Of a DNA stretch of 64,000 nt, positions 1 through 8,963 are shown piece by piece. The position numbers and the translations under genes were made by a program. The stretch lies in sequence record MK514281.1, one strand, 5' to 3'. The number at the start of each line of letters is the position of its first letter. Position 1 is the first letter of the stretch. Below the pieces are notes generated by a model. That model ran no database searches, was not told the origin of the DNA, and saw only the letters and a program-made list of their open reading frames with translations.

Positions 1-996
1 ATGGCACATGATCATCAATTCAACGAAGCCTCAGACAGAGGGCTATTCGATTATGATGCTGACTGTAAAGTAAGTTACTTTATTAAGTCCGCACTCAAGA
101 CTCCGTTATTCATTCGACAGCGTACCGGATTGGATAATATCATCCCACCGAAGTTTTATGGTGGCGGGGTCATGGATCAGGTGGAAATCATGCTAGAGTT
201 TCAGATCAAGGAGCATGTATTTCTCGACATTAACAGTAAATCAATTGAGGAGCTACCACCCGAGTACGCCGTGATTGCCAAGGCAATTAATGTAATAAAA
301 GAAAAGCGTGTACGTGAACATGGCAACTATTATGTTGGTCGTGTTGTGTATACCTTTACCAGCGAATATTTCGAGCGCTGTAATGGTCAGTTCTATTTCT
401 CTGTGTTGGATATGGTCTTCTCCGTAAATAGCCCAGATGAGACAGACGAGCACCCGTATTGCATTAATGTGTTACAGCAAACCATGGCAGCGAAATTAAA
501 GGACGATTATGCCGGCTTAGTGACCTATGCAGTTAAGCTGGTAGATTCGCAGACGCGACTAGGCCCAAAGTACATCAACATCGCTGGTGATGTCTTTGAA
601 GTCACACCCACCGAAGGGCAAGGGACCGAATCAGCTGACGGCCTCTATCTCATTGGTGATGCACCGATCCGCAGAGGGAAGAAAGAATCTACTGGGCGTA
701 CACGATTTACGCCACTCGACTCGATACTACAAAGCCCTGAGAAGTATGGATTATTTTCTACTATTGGGGAAGCGAAGCATCGGGGAGATAAACAGTTGGA
801 TGCGGCATTTAATGCATTAGACGCAGCTAACGCGAAGGAACGGAAAGCGCAGCAGAAGATCGCTCAGCTGGAGACTCAGCTGGAAGGGTTTAAAGCAAAA
901 GAGAAACAGGACAATGGACTGGTTCTCAACAAAGGGATAACGGAGCTCATCAAACTTATTACTGCCACTATAGGCATTGTTAAACTCTTGAGGTAA
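1..996 (+). CDS. Conserved jumbo-phage hypothetical protein; C-terminal coiled coil plus hydrophobic tail
   Basis: 331-aa ORF beginning at base 1, so the start may not be complete; lies directly upstream of the nvRNAP beta gene, as in phiKZ-like gene order. Confidence 0.7.
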   Translation: MAHDHQFNEASDRGLFDYDADCKVSYFIKSALKTPLFIRQRTGLDNIIPPKFYGGGVMDQVEIMLEFQIKEHVFLDINSKSIEELPPEYAVIAKAINVIKEKRVREHGNYYVGRVVYTFTSEYFERCNGQFYFSVLDMVFSVNSPDETDEHPYCINVLQQTMAAKLKDDYAGLVTYAVKLVDSQTRLGPKYINIAGDVFEVTPTEGQGTESADGLYLIGDAPIRRGKKESTGRTRFTPLDSILQSPEKYGLFSTIGEAKHRGDKQLDAAFNALDAANAKERKAQQKIAQLETQLEGFKAKEKQDNGLVLNKGITELIKLITATIGIVKLLR

Positions 997-1000
997 CTCA

Positions 1001-2689
1001 ATGGACCCGTTGCTCGAAACAGCTATAAAAAATACCATACCAAAAATGAATCCAGATATCTCTAATGGATTTGTAAAGCGAGAGCTAGACAAAGCACTTG
1101 AATATCTCAACAACGTCTTTGCCAGCGCCTTTGGTAGTTTGGGTTCCAACATTAAGTACATCGGGTATCAGCGTTGTCGTCCCGATGAAGAGTACCGTTT
1201 CAGTTTAAAGCGTAATGGCGGAGCAACAGCTTCGAAGGCACGTTATGAGCTGGCCCGGTCTGATGTGTTTCTCACCAAGTTCAACTTCACGGTCGATGGA
1301 AAAGCAACCAAGCCATTGCTGCTCTATGTGCCGTACTGTGATGACACTGGACTAATGCACCTGCGTGGGACAGCACACACCATCTCGCCTGTCTTGGAAG
1401 ATCCAGGGATCTCTGTGACACGGGATGGTTGTTTCTTTCGCGTGACCTGTGACAAGATCGTGGTGAAACGTACTGGCCATACGGTCTGTCGTGATATCAT
1501 GGACATCACACAAAAGCGTAAGCGGGTGCAGAAGCACATCAACGTACCGTGGGCGAAGATCTACCGTGCTAAGCAACAGAAAGCGAACTCAGCGAAGACC
1601 GCACCGGTTACCTCGTTGCCGCACTATCTGTTTGCGAAGTATGGTGTCACGCACACCTTCAAGAAGTATGCCGGTATGGATGTGGTGTTCGGGACTGAGT
1701 TGGATATCACACCTCAGAACTATCCTGACAATGAGTGGACACGGTTCTATTCCGCTAAACAAACCCATCCTAACAACAAGCGTCCGTCCCAAGAGTGGGT
1801 GCCAACGGCTGCAGCGTTAGCTGTCAGAACCACCGCACCGTCTCAGTTGGTGGATATCTTGGTGGCAGGCTACTTCTATGTCGCTGACTGTTATACCCAT
1901 GAATTCAATCCGATTCACTCTGACGAGCCAGATCATTGGCGTCTGATGATGGGTAAGATGGTCTTTAACAAGACGGTCAAGTATGTGCAGATGACAGAAT
2001 ACCTGGCACCGCACTTTGCTTCACTTGATACGTACCTGGACGACATCGCCAAAGAGAACCTGGCCGAAGAAGGGGTGTTGTGTGAAGACGTGTATGAGCT
2101 GATGACTTACATCATTGCGAACCTGGATCACATGATCAACACCGTGAACCTGGCTAGCATGTACAACAAGAAACTCGTTGTATTGCCGTATGTGTTATCA
2201 CCGATTATTCACGGGATCTTCTATACCAAGTTTAACCTGATGCAACAATGCAAGAAGCGTGCTGTTGATACCACCACTGGTGAAGAGATCATGGTGTTCA
2301 CGGAAGACACGTTATTTGATGTTCTTGGACGTAACCTGAAGCCGGAAGCGATTAACAAAGTGAAAGGGCCAGACCATGGCATGATTAGCTCTGTTGCAGC
2401 CCCAGGCGACAATAAGATGTTTAAGATAAATAACAAGATTACACTACAGCAAAATGCAACACAATCAGGTGGGCGTCGTAATGAATCACCGATGACCGAT
2501 GATTCGAAAGGGCTGGATGTCAGTATTGCAGACTGTGCATCGTATCTCCATATTACGAAACCCGATCCGACTGGCCGCTCTTTATTTAACCCCTTTAAGT
2601 TATTGGTACGTGATAAACTGCTTCCGTCCGTTAAATATGAAAAACTGTTTAACGTAACGCAGGCGATTATCTATCGTCGCAATATTTAG
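1001..2689 (+). CDS. Non-virion RNA polymerase beta subunit, N-terminal half (phiKZ gp123-like)
   Basis: N-terminus MDPLLETAIKNTIPKMNPDISNG, and LLLYVPYCDDTGLMHLRGTAHTISPVLEDPGISV, match the recalled phiKZ gp123 family; size 562 aa fits. Confidence 0.85.
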   Translation: MDPLLETAIKNTIPKMNPDISNGFVKRELDKALEYLNNVFASAFGSLGSNIKYIGYQRCRPDEEYRFSLKRNGGATASKARYELARSDVFLTKFNFTVDGKATKPLLLYVPYCDDTGLMHLRGTAHTISPVLEDPGISVTRDGCFFRVTCDKIVVKRTGHTVCRDIMDITQKRKRVQKHINVPWAKIYRAKQQKANSAKTAPVTSLPHYLFAKYGVTHTFKKYAGMDVVFGTELDITPQNYPDNEWTRFYSAKQTHPNNKRPSQEWVPTAAALAVRTTAPSQLVDILVAGYFYVADCYTHEFNPIHSDEPDHWRLMMGKMVFNKTVKYVQMTEYLAPHFASLDTYLDDIAKENLAEEGVLCEDVYELMTYIIANLDHMINTVNLASMYNKKLVVLPYVLSPIIHGIFYTKFNLMQQCKKRAVDTTTGEEIMVFTEDTLFDVLGRNLKPEAINKVKGPDHGMISSVAAPGDNKMFKINNKITLQQNATQSGGRRNESPMTDDSKGLDVSIADCASYLHITKPDPTGRSLFNPFKLLVRDKLLPSVKYEKLFNVTQAIIYRRNI

Positions 2690-2701
2690 TGAGCCTACAT
2701 C

Positions 2702-2878
2702 ATGAAACAGAACGCTGAGATCGATTCGTCTATTATTTCTACCGGTAATATCTTCCAGGCACACAAGCCAGCCCCAGTTGGTCGTTGTGATCTGTCGGGT
2801 GAATCACAGAAACGCTCACAGAGCATGACAGAAGAAGATAAGGCGGCAGTAGCCAAACGTTTTGGTTTGACTAAATAA
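2702..2878 (+). CDS. Small hypothetical protein, 58 aa (MKQNAEIDSS...KRFGLTK)
   Basis: Read manually: ATG at 2702, TAA at 2876-2878; fills the gap between two + strand genes; below the 60-aa cutoff of the ORF track. Confidence 0.55.
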   Translation: MKQNAEIDSSIISTGNIFQAHKPAPVGRCDLSGESQKRSQSMTEEDKAAVAKRFGLTK

Positions 2879-2925
2879 TTAACTTTTTGTAAGCAGATTG
2901 TTTTAGTCTGCAAAAGGAAACCGTT

Positions 2926-5409
2926 ATGAGCAATATGTACCCACCGCAGATGATGATGGCCCAAGGAGGGTTGTATCCTCAGCAAGGGATGTATCCGCAG
3001 CAGCAGATGATGCAACCCCCAATGATGATGCAGCAACAAGCTCCACAAATCGATAAGCAAGCTTTAGCACAGGCTTTTGCAAAGTTTATCGATCAGGCGG
3101 CCACGCAGAACCAGAACCAGCTGACTGCCTATATCCACATGCGTTACACACAGAACCAGTATCAGAACCAGCAGTTCCAAACTGCGGTGAACACGGTACT
3201 GGCGATGTACATGTTGGCGCTGCAGACAGCTCCTGGTATGCCACCGCATCAACTGCAGGGTCAAGCGGTGGTTGATGCATACGAAATCCACGCCATTCTG
3301 GAGTTGCAGCAGAACCCCCAGATGGTGCAGGCTTTGGCGCCGAATATCATTCAGGCACTTGTGCAGAATATCCCGCGCTTACAGCAGCAGTTAAATCAAA
3401 GCTTCCCGCAGCTGCAGTTGCAAGTACCACAACTTAATGTTCCGGGTTATCAGCTGCAGAATACCATGCAGCCGCAGCAGCACATGTTACCTGGTTATAA
3501 TGCCATGATGCCACCGATGCAGGGTTATGCACCGGTACCGCAGCAGGGGATGTATCAGAACAGCATGATGCCTGGTCAGCCGTACAATGGTTATAACGCG
3601 CAGACCAATGATAACCTTGGCATGAGTGATGCCCGTGCTCAGTTACCTGCACCGCCAGCCGATGGTAAGTATTACGGCCCAGCGAGCATTGGTAACAGCA
3701 CCGACAGCAAACCAGCCAACACCGTGCAGCCTATTGCGGTCGCCGGCTTTGAAGTCAGTGAAGCGCGTGTACCAATGCATGCGGTGGGTGTGTTGGAAGA
3801 GTACAGTACACCTAACCTGCAACAAGCGATGCAACAACAGCAAGACATGCCAATGCCGAGTAACATCGACTTTGACAGTGTGATGTCGCTGGAAGAGGAA
3901 GAGAACGAAGAATCGATGTTCAACATCCCGATGGCGGATGAAGAGCAACTGGTGCTGAATGCGGGTACAGATGCTGGCACGGATGACGAACCGTATCAGA
4001 GTCCGTTCCCGTCATTCTCTCAGATCTTCGGTCAACCTGCCTCAGGTGCTAACATCAGTGCAGCAGCAGAAGCGGCGATGACACCACCTCCTGCTGAAGC
4101 GTTACTGTCTCAGCCGGTTGCAAACAAACCGACGGTGGTGGTAACCAAAGCTGCTGAAGTGTCACCAGACGGTCTGCCGGATGGCTGGATGTTCACTGAG
4201 TCGCTGGAAGCCGGTGAGTTCCTGAAGCTGATCCGTGCTGCTAAACGCAATCGTAAGAATCCACTGCCGATTCATTACGACCGTACTTTCATGACCCGCT
4301 TGTATCGCTATAACCAAGATGGTGCGATTGAGCAACGTATCGTAGGAGAAACCATGGACAGACTTCGTCACGACCTATCCTCACTGGACGAGGTAGATAA
4401 CCAAGGGGCACGTGAGCAAGCAGCACTGTTCGCACCACTGACCACTGCGACTATTGATGAAGTCAATAAGGTAGTGAAGGAAGCGGAGAAAGACAGCGGG
4501 AAAGTGACTGAGAAGCTGAAAGAGAAAGACATCGTCGTTCTTAGCAAGCCAGTAACTGTATCGTGTCGTCAAGAAGCGGCTATCCTGGTGGCAGCCAAAG
4601 CTGGCGAGATTCAGAAACTCAACAGCAACAAACACGGTTATGAGTACTACTACCGTGAAGCGATGGTGCTGCAAACCACCAAGAACGTGGTGGCGTTGTT
4701 GGAGAACCCAACTGTCAAAGCGTTGTCTCAGCGTTCACAGGTGAACAACCTGGTTGAGCTGGCAGAAGCGATCCGTGCAGCGCGTGCAGAAGGTGCGTTA
4801 AGTCCACAGGCACTGACCAAGCTGACTGACCACATGATGGAAGTGTTTAACGACATGCTCACTCATGATTACGGTTATGCGGGTGAGCTGGTGTTGACCG
4901 GTAGCGATGAAGACGGTAACAAAACCCAGCTGGAAGATGAGCTGATGGACTTCGTGGTCTACATGGACAGTAATGAAGATCATCGTGAAGTGCTCGATCT
5001 GATTCATAAGCGTTGGATTCCGCTGCGTGAGCGTCTGTGCATTATCTTAACGGATGGTGCCTTAACCTCTGCACAACGTATTCTGGCCAAACGTTACGGT
5101 TCAGACGATGACATGGATGCGATGGTTGATGCGACCAGTAACATGCTGATTGCAATGACCTCGGTTAGCGTAACCAACCTCAACAAAACCAGCCGTGAGC
5201 TGAAGCTTGATGACAAGGACCGTATCTTCGCTGTAAACGCGTCTGACAGCCCGTATCTGTACAGTGTGTTGAAAGGTATCACTGAGCGCACTAAACAGCA
5301 CACATCGCGTTACACGAAGCATCGTGTGGTAACTGCAGATGGTCGCTTCCTGAACTTCCGCTTAGGTGGTTTGGGTGACGGTAGTGTCTTCATTGCCAAC
5401 TTTGAGTAA
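2926..5409 (+). CDS. Conserved jumbo-phage protein with Gln/Met/Pro/Tyr-rich low-complexity N-terminus
   Basis: 827-aa ORF with AAGGA RBS; about the first 240 aa are Q/P/M/Y-rich, then an acidic linker and a globular C-terminal part. Confidence 0.8.
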   Translation: MSNMYPPQMMMAQGGLYPQQGMYPQQQMMQPPMMMQQQAPQIDKQALAQAFAKFIDQAATQNQNQLTAYIHMRYTQNQYQNQQFQTAVNTVLAMYMLALQTAPGMPPHQLQGQAVVDAYEIHAILELQQNPQMVQALAPNIIQALVQNIPRLQQQLNQSFPQLQLQVPQLNVPGYQLQNTMQPQQHMLPGYNAMMPPMQGYAPVPQQGMYQNSMMPGQPYNGYNAQTNDNLGMSDARAQLPAPPADGKYYGPASIGNSTDSKPANTVQPIAVAGFEVSEARVPMHAVGVLEEYSTPNLQQAMQQQQDMPMPSNIDFDSVMSLEEEENEESMFNIPMADEEQLVLNAGTDAGTDDEPYQSPFPSFSQIFGQPASGANISAAAEAAMTPPPAEALLSQPVANKPTVVVTKAAEVSPDGLPDGWMFTESLEAGEFLKLIRAAKRNRKNPLPIHYDRTFMTRLYRYNQDGAIEQRIVGETMDRLRHDLSSLDEVDNQGAREQAALFAPLTTATIDEVNKVVKEAEKDSGKVTEKLKEKDIVVLSKPVTVSCRQEAAILVAAKAGEIQKLNSNKHGYEYYYREAMVLQTTKNVVALLENPTVKALSQRSQVNNLVELAEAIRAARAEGALSPQALTKLTDHMMEVFNDMLTHDYGYAGELVLTGSDEDGNKTQLEDELMDFVVYMDSNEDHREVLDLIHKRWIPLRERLCIILTDGALTSAQRILAKRYGSDDDMDAMVDATSNMLIAMTSVSVTNLNKTSRELKLDDKDRIFAVNASDSPYLYSVLKGITERTKQHTSRYTKHRVVTADGRFLNFRLGGLGDGSVFIANFE

Positions 5410-5417
5410 CCCATAAC

Positions 5418-5446
5418 AGGAGAGCTTCGGCTCTCCTTTATGCCGG
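5418..5446 (+). terminator. GC hairpin + TTATGCCG element
   Basis: AGGAGAGC-TTCG-GCTCTCCT followed by TTATGCCGG, just after the stop at 5409. Confidence 0.8.
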
Positions 5447-5681
5447 CTAGGTTTTCCACCCATCTCCTCTATCGGACAACAGATATAGATAGCGTCTGAT
5501 CAACGTCATTGATTACACCTTATTCTACGACCCCAACGTAACTTGTCGACATTCATAAGGGAATGCCACACCGTTGTTTATACCCGTCCTTATAAAAGAA
5601 GCGACCAAGCAAAAGACCAATAATCCGCAAGCCTTCTTTAAACTAAACCTATTCTCTTTTCTTATTAATCTGGAGTGTTGT

Positions 5682-6014
5682 ATGGATTTCTCATTTCTAC
5701 TTGATCAAAACCCGTTGAGCTATTATAAAAACGAGTTACCGGCCTTAGTCCGTGAACTTAATGGCCCGATGGAAGATGATGCCCGTGTTTCTTGTGAAGA
5801 CGCACTGAATGCGCTGGTGCATCTCTTTGCAACACCGGGTGAGCTCATCAGCCTTACTATTCAGCGCCACTGTAGCATCGCTGAGCAGAAGCTGCGTTAT
5901 ACGGCAAAGTTCATCAATGACACGGTGGTCACGGTCGAAGGACCTGAACCAATGGATCTGCGCTATGTGCTAGGGACTGCAGTATTTAACGCCATCACCA
6001 TTCCTATCAAATAA
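5682..6014 (+). CDS. Hypothetical protein (110 aa)
   Basis: GGAG RBS before ATG 5682; the longer ORF-track start (5574) is unlikely. Confidence 0.65.
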   Translation: MDFSFLLDQNPLSYYKNELPALVRELNGPMEDDARVSCEDALNALVHLFATPGELISLTIQRHCSIAEQKLRYTAKFINDTVVTVEGPEPMDLRYVLGTAVFNAITIPIK

Positions 6015-6016
6015 AT

Positions 6017-6056
6017 CGGCATAAGAGGAGAGGCATTTGCCTCTCCTCTGTTATGC
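6017..6056. terminator. Bidirectional hairpin between convergent genes
   Basis: CGGCATA-AGAGGAGAGGC-ATTT-GCCTCTCCTCT-GTTATGC. Confidence 0.8.
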
Positions 6057-6075
6057 TACTTCTTTTTTTTTTGGT

Positions 6076-8931
6076 TTAGAACGTGAACTTCGGGTTTTTC
6101 GAGTCGTCGTCGTTGAAGTCGTCATCCGTCGGATCTTCAAGACTCGGGTCAGCGGCATCATCATCCGGATTAGTGGTATCGTCCGGGTTCTGTGTGTCAT
6201 CTGGGTTCTGCTCATCTACCGGAGGTTCGTCACCATCGGTCGGTGGTGTCGGCATGGCAAACGGGTCAGCTTCACCCTCATCCGGTGCGGCATTCGGATT
6301 AGCGGCAGTATCACCCAGCTGCTCATCTTCCTTCAGCTTATCGTATTTACTCTGCAGCTTCTCTTCGACTTTCTTCTTATCTTTCAGATACGTGAGAATG
6401 CCTTCCCAGACATTTTCATTGTAGCTGATGATTTCAGAAAGCAGGGCAGCGGTAGCGTTAGTGTCTTCACCCAGATCATTCAGGATTGCGTATTGCTGCG
6501 CATTACCGGAATCATCCATCCACTTACGCATGTACATTGCCACCAGAGACTGACGCCAGGTTTCCAGATCCTCTTCAGAGCCATCCAGGAACTTGCCTAC
6601 CACAGCATCTGGGAAGCGGTCATTGATGACAGCCTCAGTGTGCTCACGACGTGTCTGGTAGGCACGGGTGATCTCTTCCAGGTCAGTGGTTTCAGGTTCA
6701 GGCAGAGTGACGATGATTGAGTTAATGAAGTTGGTCAGCAGGCGTGCTGCAATCGCACTTTCATCCTTAGCAACATCCGGGTTATTGGCTTTGAAGTCCT
6801 CAAACATCTTCCTGCCTTTAGCAGAAGACGGACTCCAGAGCTTCTTGTTGTTATGAATGATGTCGTACAGTTCATTCATCAAGTTACCGGACTTGGCAGT
6901 CAGTTTACGCACCAGGTCAGAGGCATGACCGCATACCACACGTTGTGACACGGTGATCTCTTGCGAGTACAACGCATCGTTGTTGATGTGCTCGATGGCA
7001 AACTTGATGTCGTTCTGTGACGAGATGAGTTCAGGACGAATCCCCCACATCTGTGACAAGAACTCCATCAAGCGGTCATTCCACTCTGGATCAGGTGGAG
7101 TGATGTCACGCTTGCCGTGAGAGATATCTGCATCAATCGACGGGTAATGATCGTTACCACTGGTCTTTACAATCACGCTGGCACTGTCAAGGATGTTACA
7201 CACATCACGCGGGTTCTTGGCGCCGATGATCGAGGAGAGGCCAAGGGTGGAGTTCAAGTGCGTGGTGATCACATCTTCGATGGTGTTTTCTGGTTCTGGG
7301 TCATCCTCATCCAGCGGGATGTTCAGGGTGGTGATGTTCACCGAGTTCGCAACGTTAGCAAGTGTAGTAGCAATGATGTTGGTCATCGCCATGGACGCAT
7401 ACAGACGTGAGCGGTCTAACAGAGAACGACCAATACCAAACCGGTTGTAGTCGAAAGCGAAGTAGGTCATCGCTTCTTCTGGCAGGTACAGGATACGGGT
7501 CTGCAGGTTACGGCAAGTACGGGCAAACATGATACGCATGACTTCGTTGGTTAACCCTACGGTCATGGTCTGGCCATAAGTGCCATTAGCCAGGCGCTGC
7601 ACCAGATCTTTCTCCACTTCTTCGACATACTTGTTGTAGAAGGCAGACGTATCAAAGGTACATTTATTACCCGACTTCATCTCCGCAGCCATGGCAATGA
7701 TGCCTTTGGTGCTGTCGATGGCGCTGTTGGTATCTTGACGGTTCTTCATCTGATCTTGATAGAACTGATCATTCTGCGCCGTACGCACTGGGTTGCCGTG
7801 TTCATCCAACAGAACGAAGTAGCCAACGCGGTGTTTAAAGTCACCCGGGACGTGCACCGGGATCACACACTCTGAGGGCAGGTGCATCAGTAATGGCTGG
7901 CCAACGTTTTCTTTAGACAGCTCGTCGTCACGTCCAACCGTGATGTTATTGGTCGCTACGTAATCACGCTGTTTAAAGAGGTCGTTGTAGACATTGCTGT
8001 ACTGCTCATCTGTTAACACCGGTGTCTGGGCAACTTTACTGTCTTTGTCCTTACCGCCTTTTGCTTTCGCCCCACCTTTATCTTCCAGTGCCTCCATACC
8101 GGCACGGCGCAGACCTAACGGGATACGGTTCTTCTTCGACAGGTTGTGTCGCGCTAACGCCAGCTTAAAGCGCGGCAGACTTAACACCGCATCGTTATCG
8201 GTGATGGTCAGCCCCAACTCATTTTTATTATCACCATTCAGATGGTGCATGGTCATAATAGGCGTTTCGCCACTCATCAACGATTCGAGTGACGCGGTCA
8301 TCAGCATATTAGAACTACCTGGGTTACCCAGATAGCCACGAGAGCGGAACTGTTGGGAGTGTGCGTCGTAGTCATCAGCAATCGCTTCCATACCAGAGCC
8401 ACGGGTATAGCCGTTAATCACGTTATCCAGTGACGACTGGGAAAGCACTGCCCAGGCTGAGGAACCGGTCTTAAATAACATGTCCGGAACGATGTCAGCA
8501 AGTTTGTCAGTAATTTTATAGTTCTTTTCTATGTACTCCCGCACTGCGCTGATCAAAAGACTGTTAAGCTCTGTGTTCTTACCCTCATACGCTTCTGTGG
8601 TATAAGTCAGGGAGACCGTGCGTAAGTTACGCGGAGAGAGAATAGACGCCGTAAGGATCTTACACGCCTTTAAGGCTCCGGGTACACTTTCCATCAATTC
8701 GGTATTCGAGTCGATACTGGTACTGGTCAGTTTGGAGATGTTTTGGAGCATCCCTGCAGAAGGACCGCCATCCCGGTTGGAGCGTCCTGTACGTTTGGAC
8801 GTATCCCGCGGTTTGTTGTCCTTCGGAACCAGTATGTCAATGATCGCTTTTGTCGCAGGATCTTTATTGAGTAAATTCAGTTTTGGCGTAGCAGCACGGC
8901 TGTTACCTGCCAAGCGATTCGATTCGGCCAT
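6076..8931 (-). CDS. Portal protein (phiKZ gp129-like)
   Basis: About 950 aa from MAESNRL (AGGAG RBS). Motifs PSECVIPVHVPG, GYFVLLDEHGNP and FAFDYNRFGIGRSLL match the recalled family. Divergent from a gp128-like gene; acidic C-terminal tail. Confidence 0.8.
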   Translation of the reverse strand: MAESNRLAGNSRAATPKLNLLNKDPATKAIIDILVPKDNKPRDTSKRTGRSNRDGGPSAGMLQNISKLTSTSIDSNTELMESVPGALKACKILTASILSPRNLRTVSLTYTTEAYEGKNTELNSLLISAVREYIEKNYKITDKLADIVPDMLFKTGSSAWAVLSQSSLDNVINGYTRGSGMEAIADDYDAHSQQFRSRGYLGNPGSSNMLMTASLESLMSGETPIMTMHHLNGDNKNELGLTITDNDAVLSLPRFKLALARHNLSKKNRIPLGLRRAGMEALEDKGGAKAKGGKDKDSKVAQTPVLTDEQYSNVYNDLFKQRDYVATNNITVGRDDELSKENVGQPLLMHLPSECVIPVHVPGDFKHRVGYFVLLDEHGNPVRTAQNDQFYQDQMKNRQDTNSAIDSTKGIIAMAAEMKSGNKCTFDTSAFYNKYVEEVEKDLVQRLANGTYGQTMTVGLTNEVMRIMFARTCRNLQTRILYLPEEAMTYFAFDYNRFGIGRSLLDRSRLYASMAMTNIIATTLANVANSVNITTLNIPLDEDDPEPENTIEDVITTHLNSTLGLSSIIGAKNPRDVCNILDSASVIVKTSGNDHYPSIDADISHGKRDITPPDPEWNDRLMEFLSQMWGIRPELISSQNDIKFAIEHINNDALYSQEITVSQRVVCGHASDLVRKLTAKSGNLMNELYDIIHNNKKLWSPSSAKGRKMFEDFKANNPDVAKDESAIAARLLTNFINSIIVTLPEPETTDLEEITRAYQTRREHTEAVINDRFPDAVVGKFLDGSEEDLETWRQSLVAMYMRKWMDDSGNAQQYAILNDLGEDTNATAALLSEIISYNENVWEGILTYLKDKKKVEEKLQSKYDKLKEDEQLGDTAANPNAAPDEGEADPFAMPTPPTDGDEPPVDEQNPDDTQNPDDTTNPDDDAADPSLEDPTDDDFNDDDSKNPKFTF

Positions 8932-8963
8932 TTTAAAGAGGCTCCTTGCAGTGGGAGAATAGC

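Noticed and set aside
2695-3060. His/Leu-rich 121-aa minus-strand ORF
   Set aside because: Reverse complement of the ATG/CAG-rich Gln-Met tract; not a real gene
2926-3600. CAGCAG-type repeats as a possible CRISPR array or VNTR
   Set aside because: They are Gln codons in a coding region; there is no constant repeat with unique spacers
5447-5680. About 230-nt intergenic gap as an ncRNA or hidden gene
   Set aside because: No convincing structure or RBS-led ORF found; the TTAATCTGGAGTG match to about 35756 is explained by RBS context
6062-6072. 11-T run as a phase-variation site
   Set aside because: It lies outside both flanking CDSs, next to the terminator; most simply a U-tract
6037-6720. 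227-aa + strand ORF (and 6083-6424) antisense to the portal C-terminus
   Set aside because: Shadow frames of the acidic low-complexity portal tail; no RBS, biased composition
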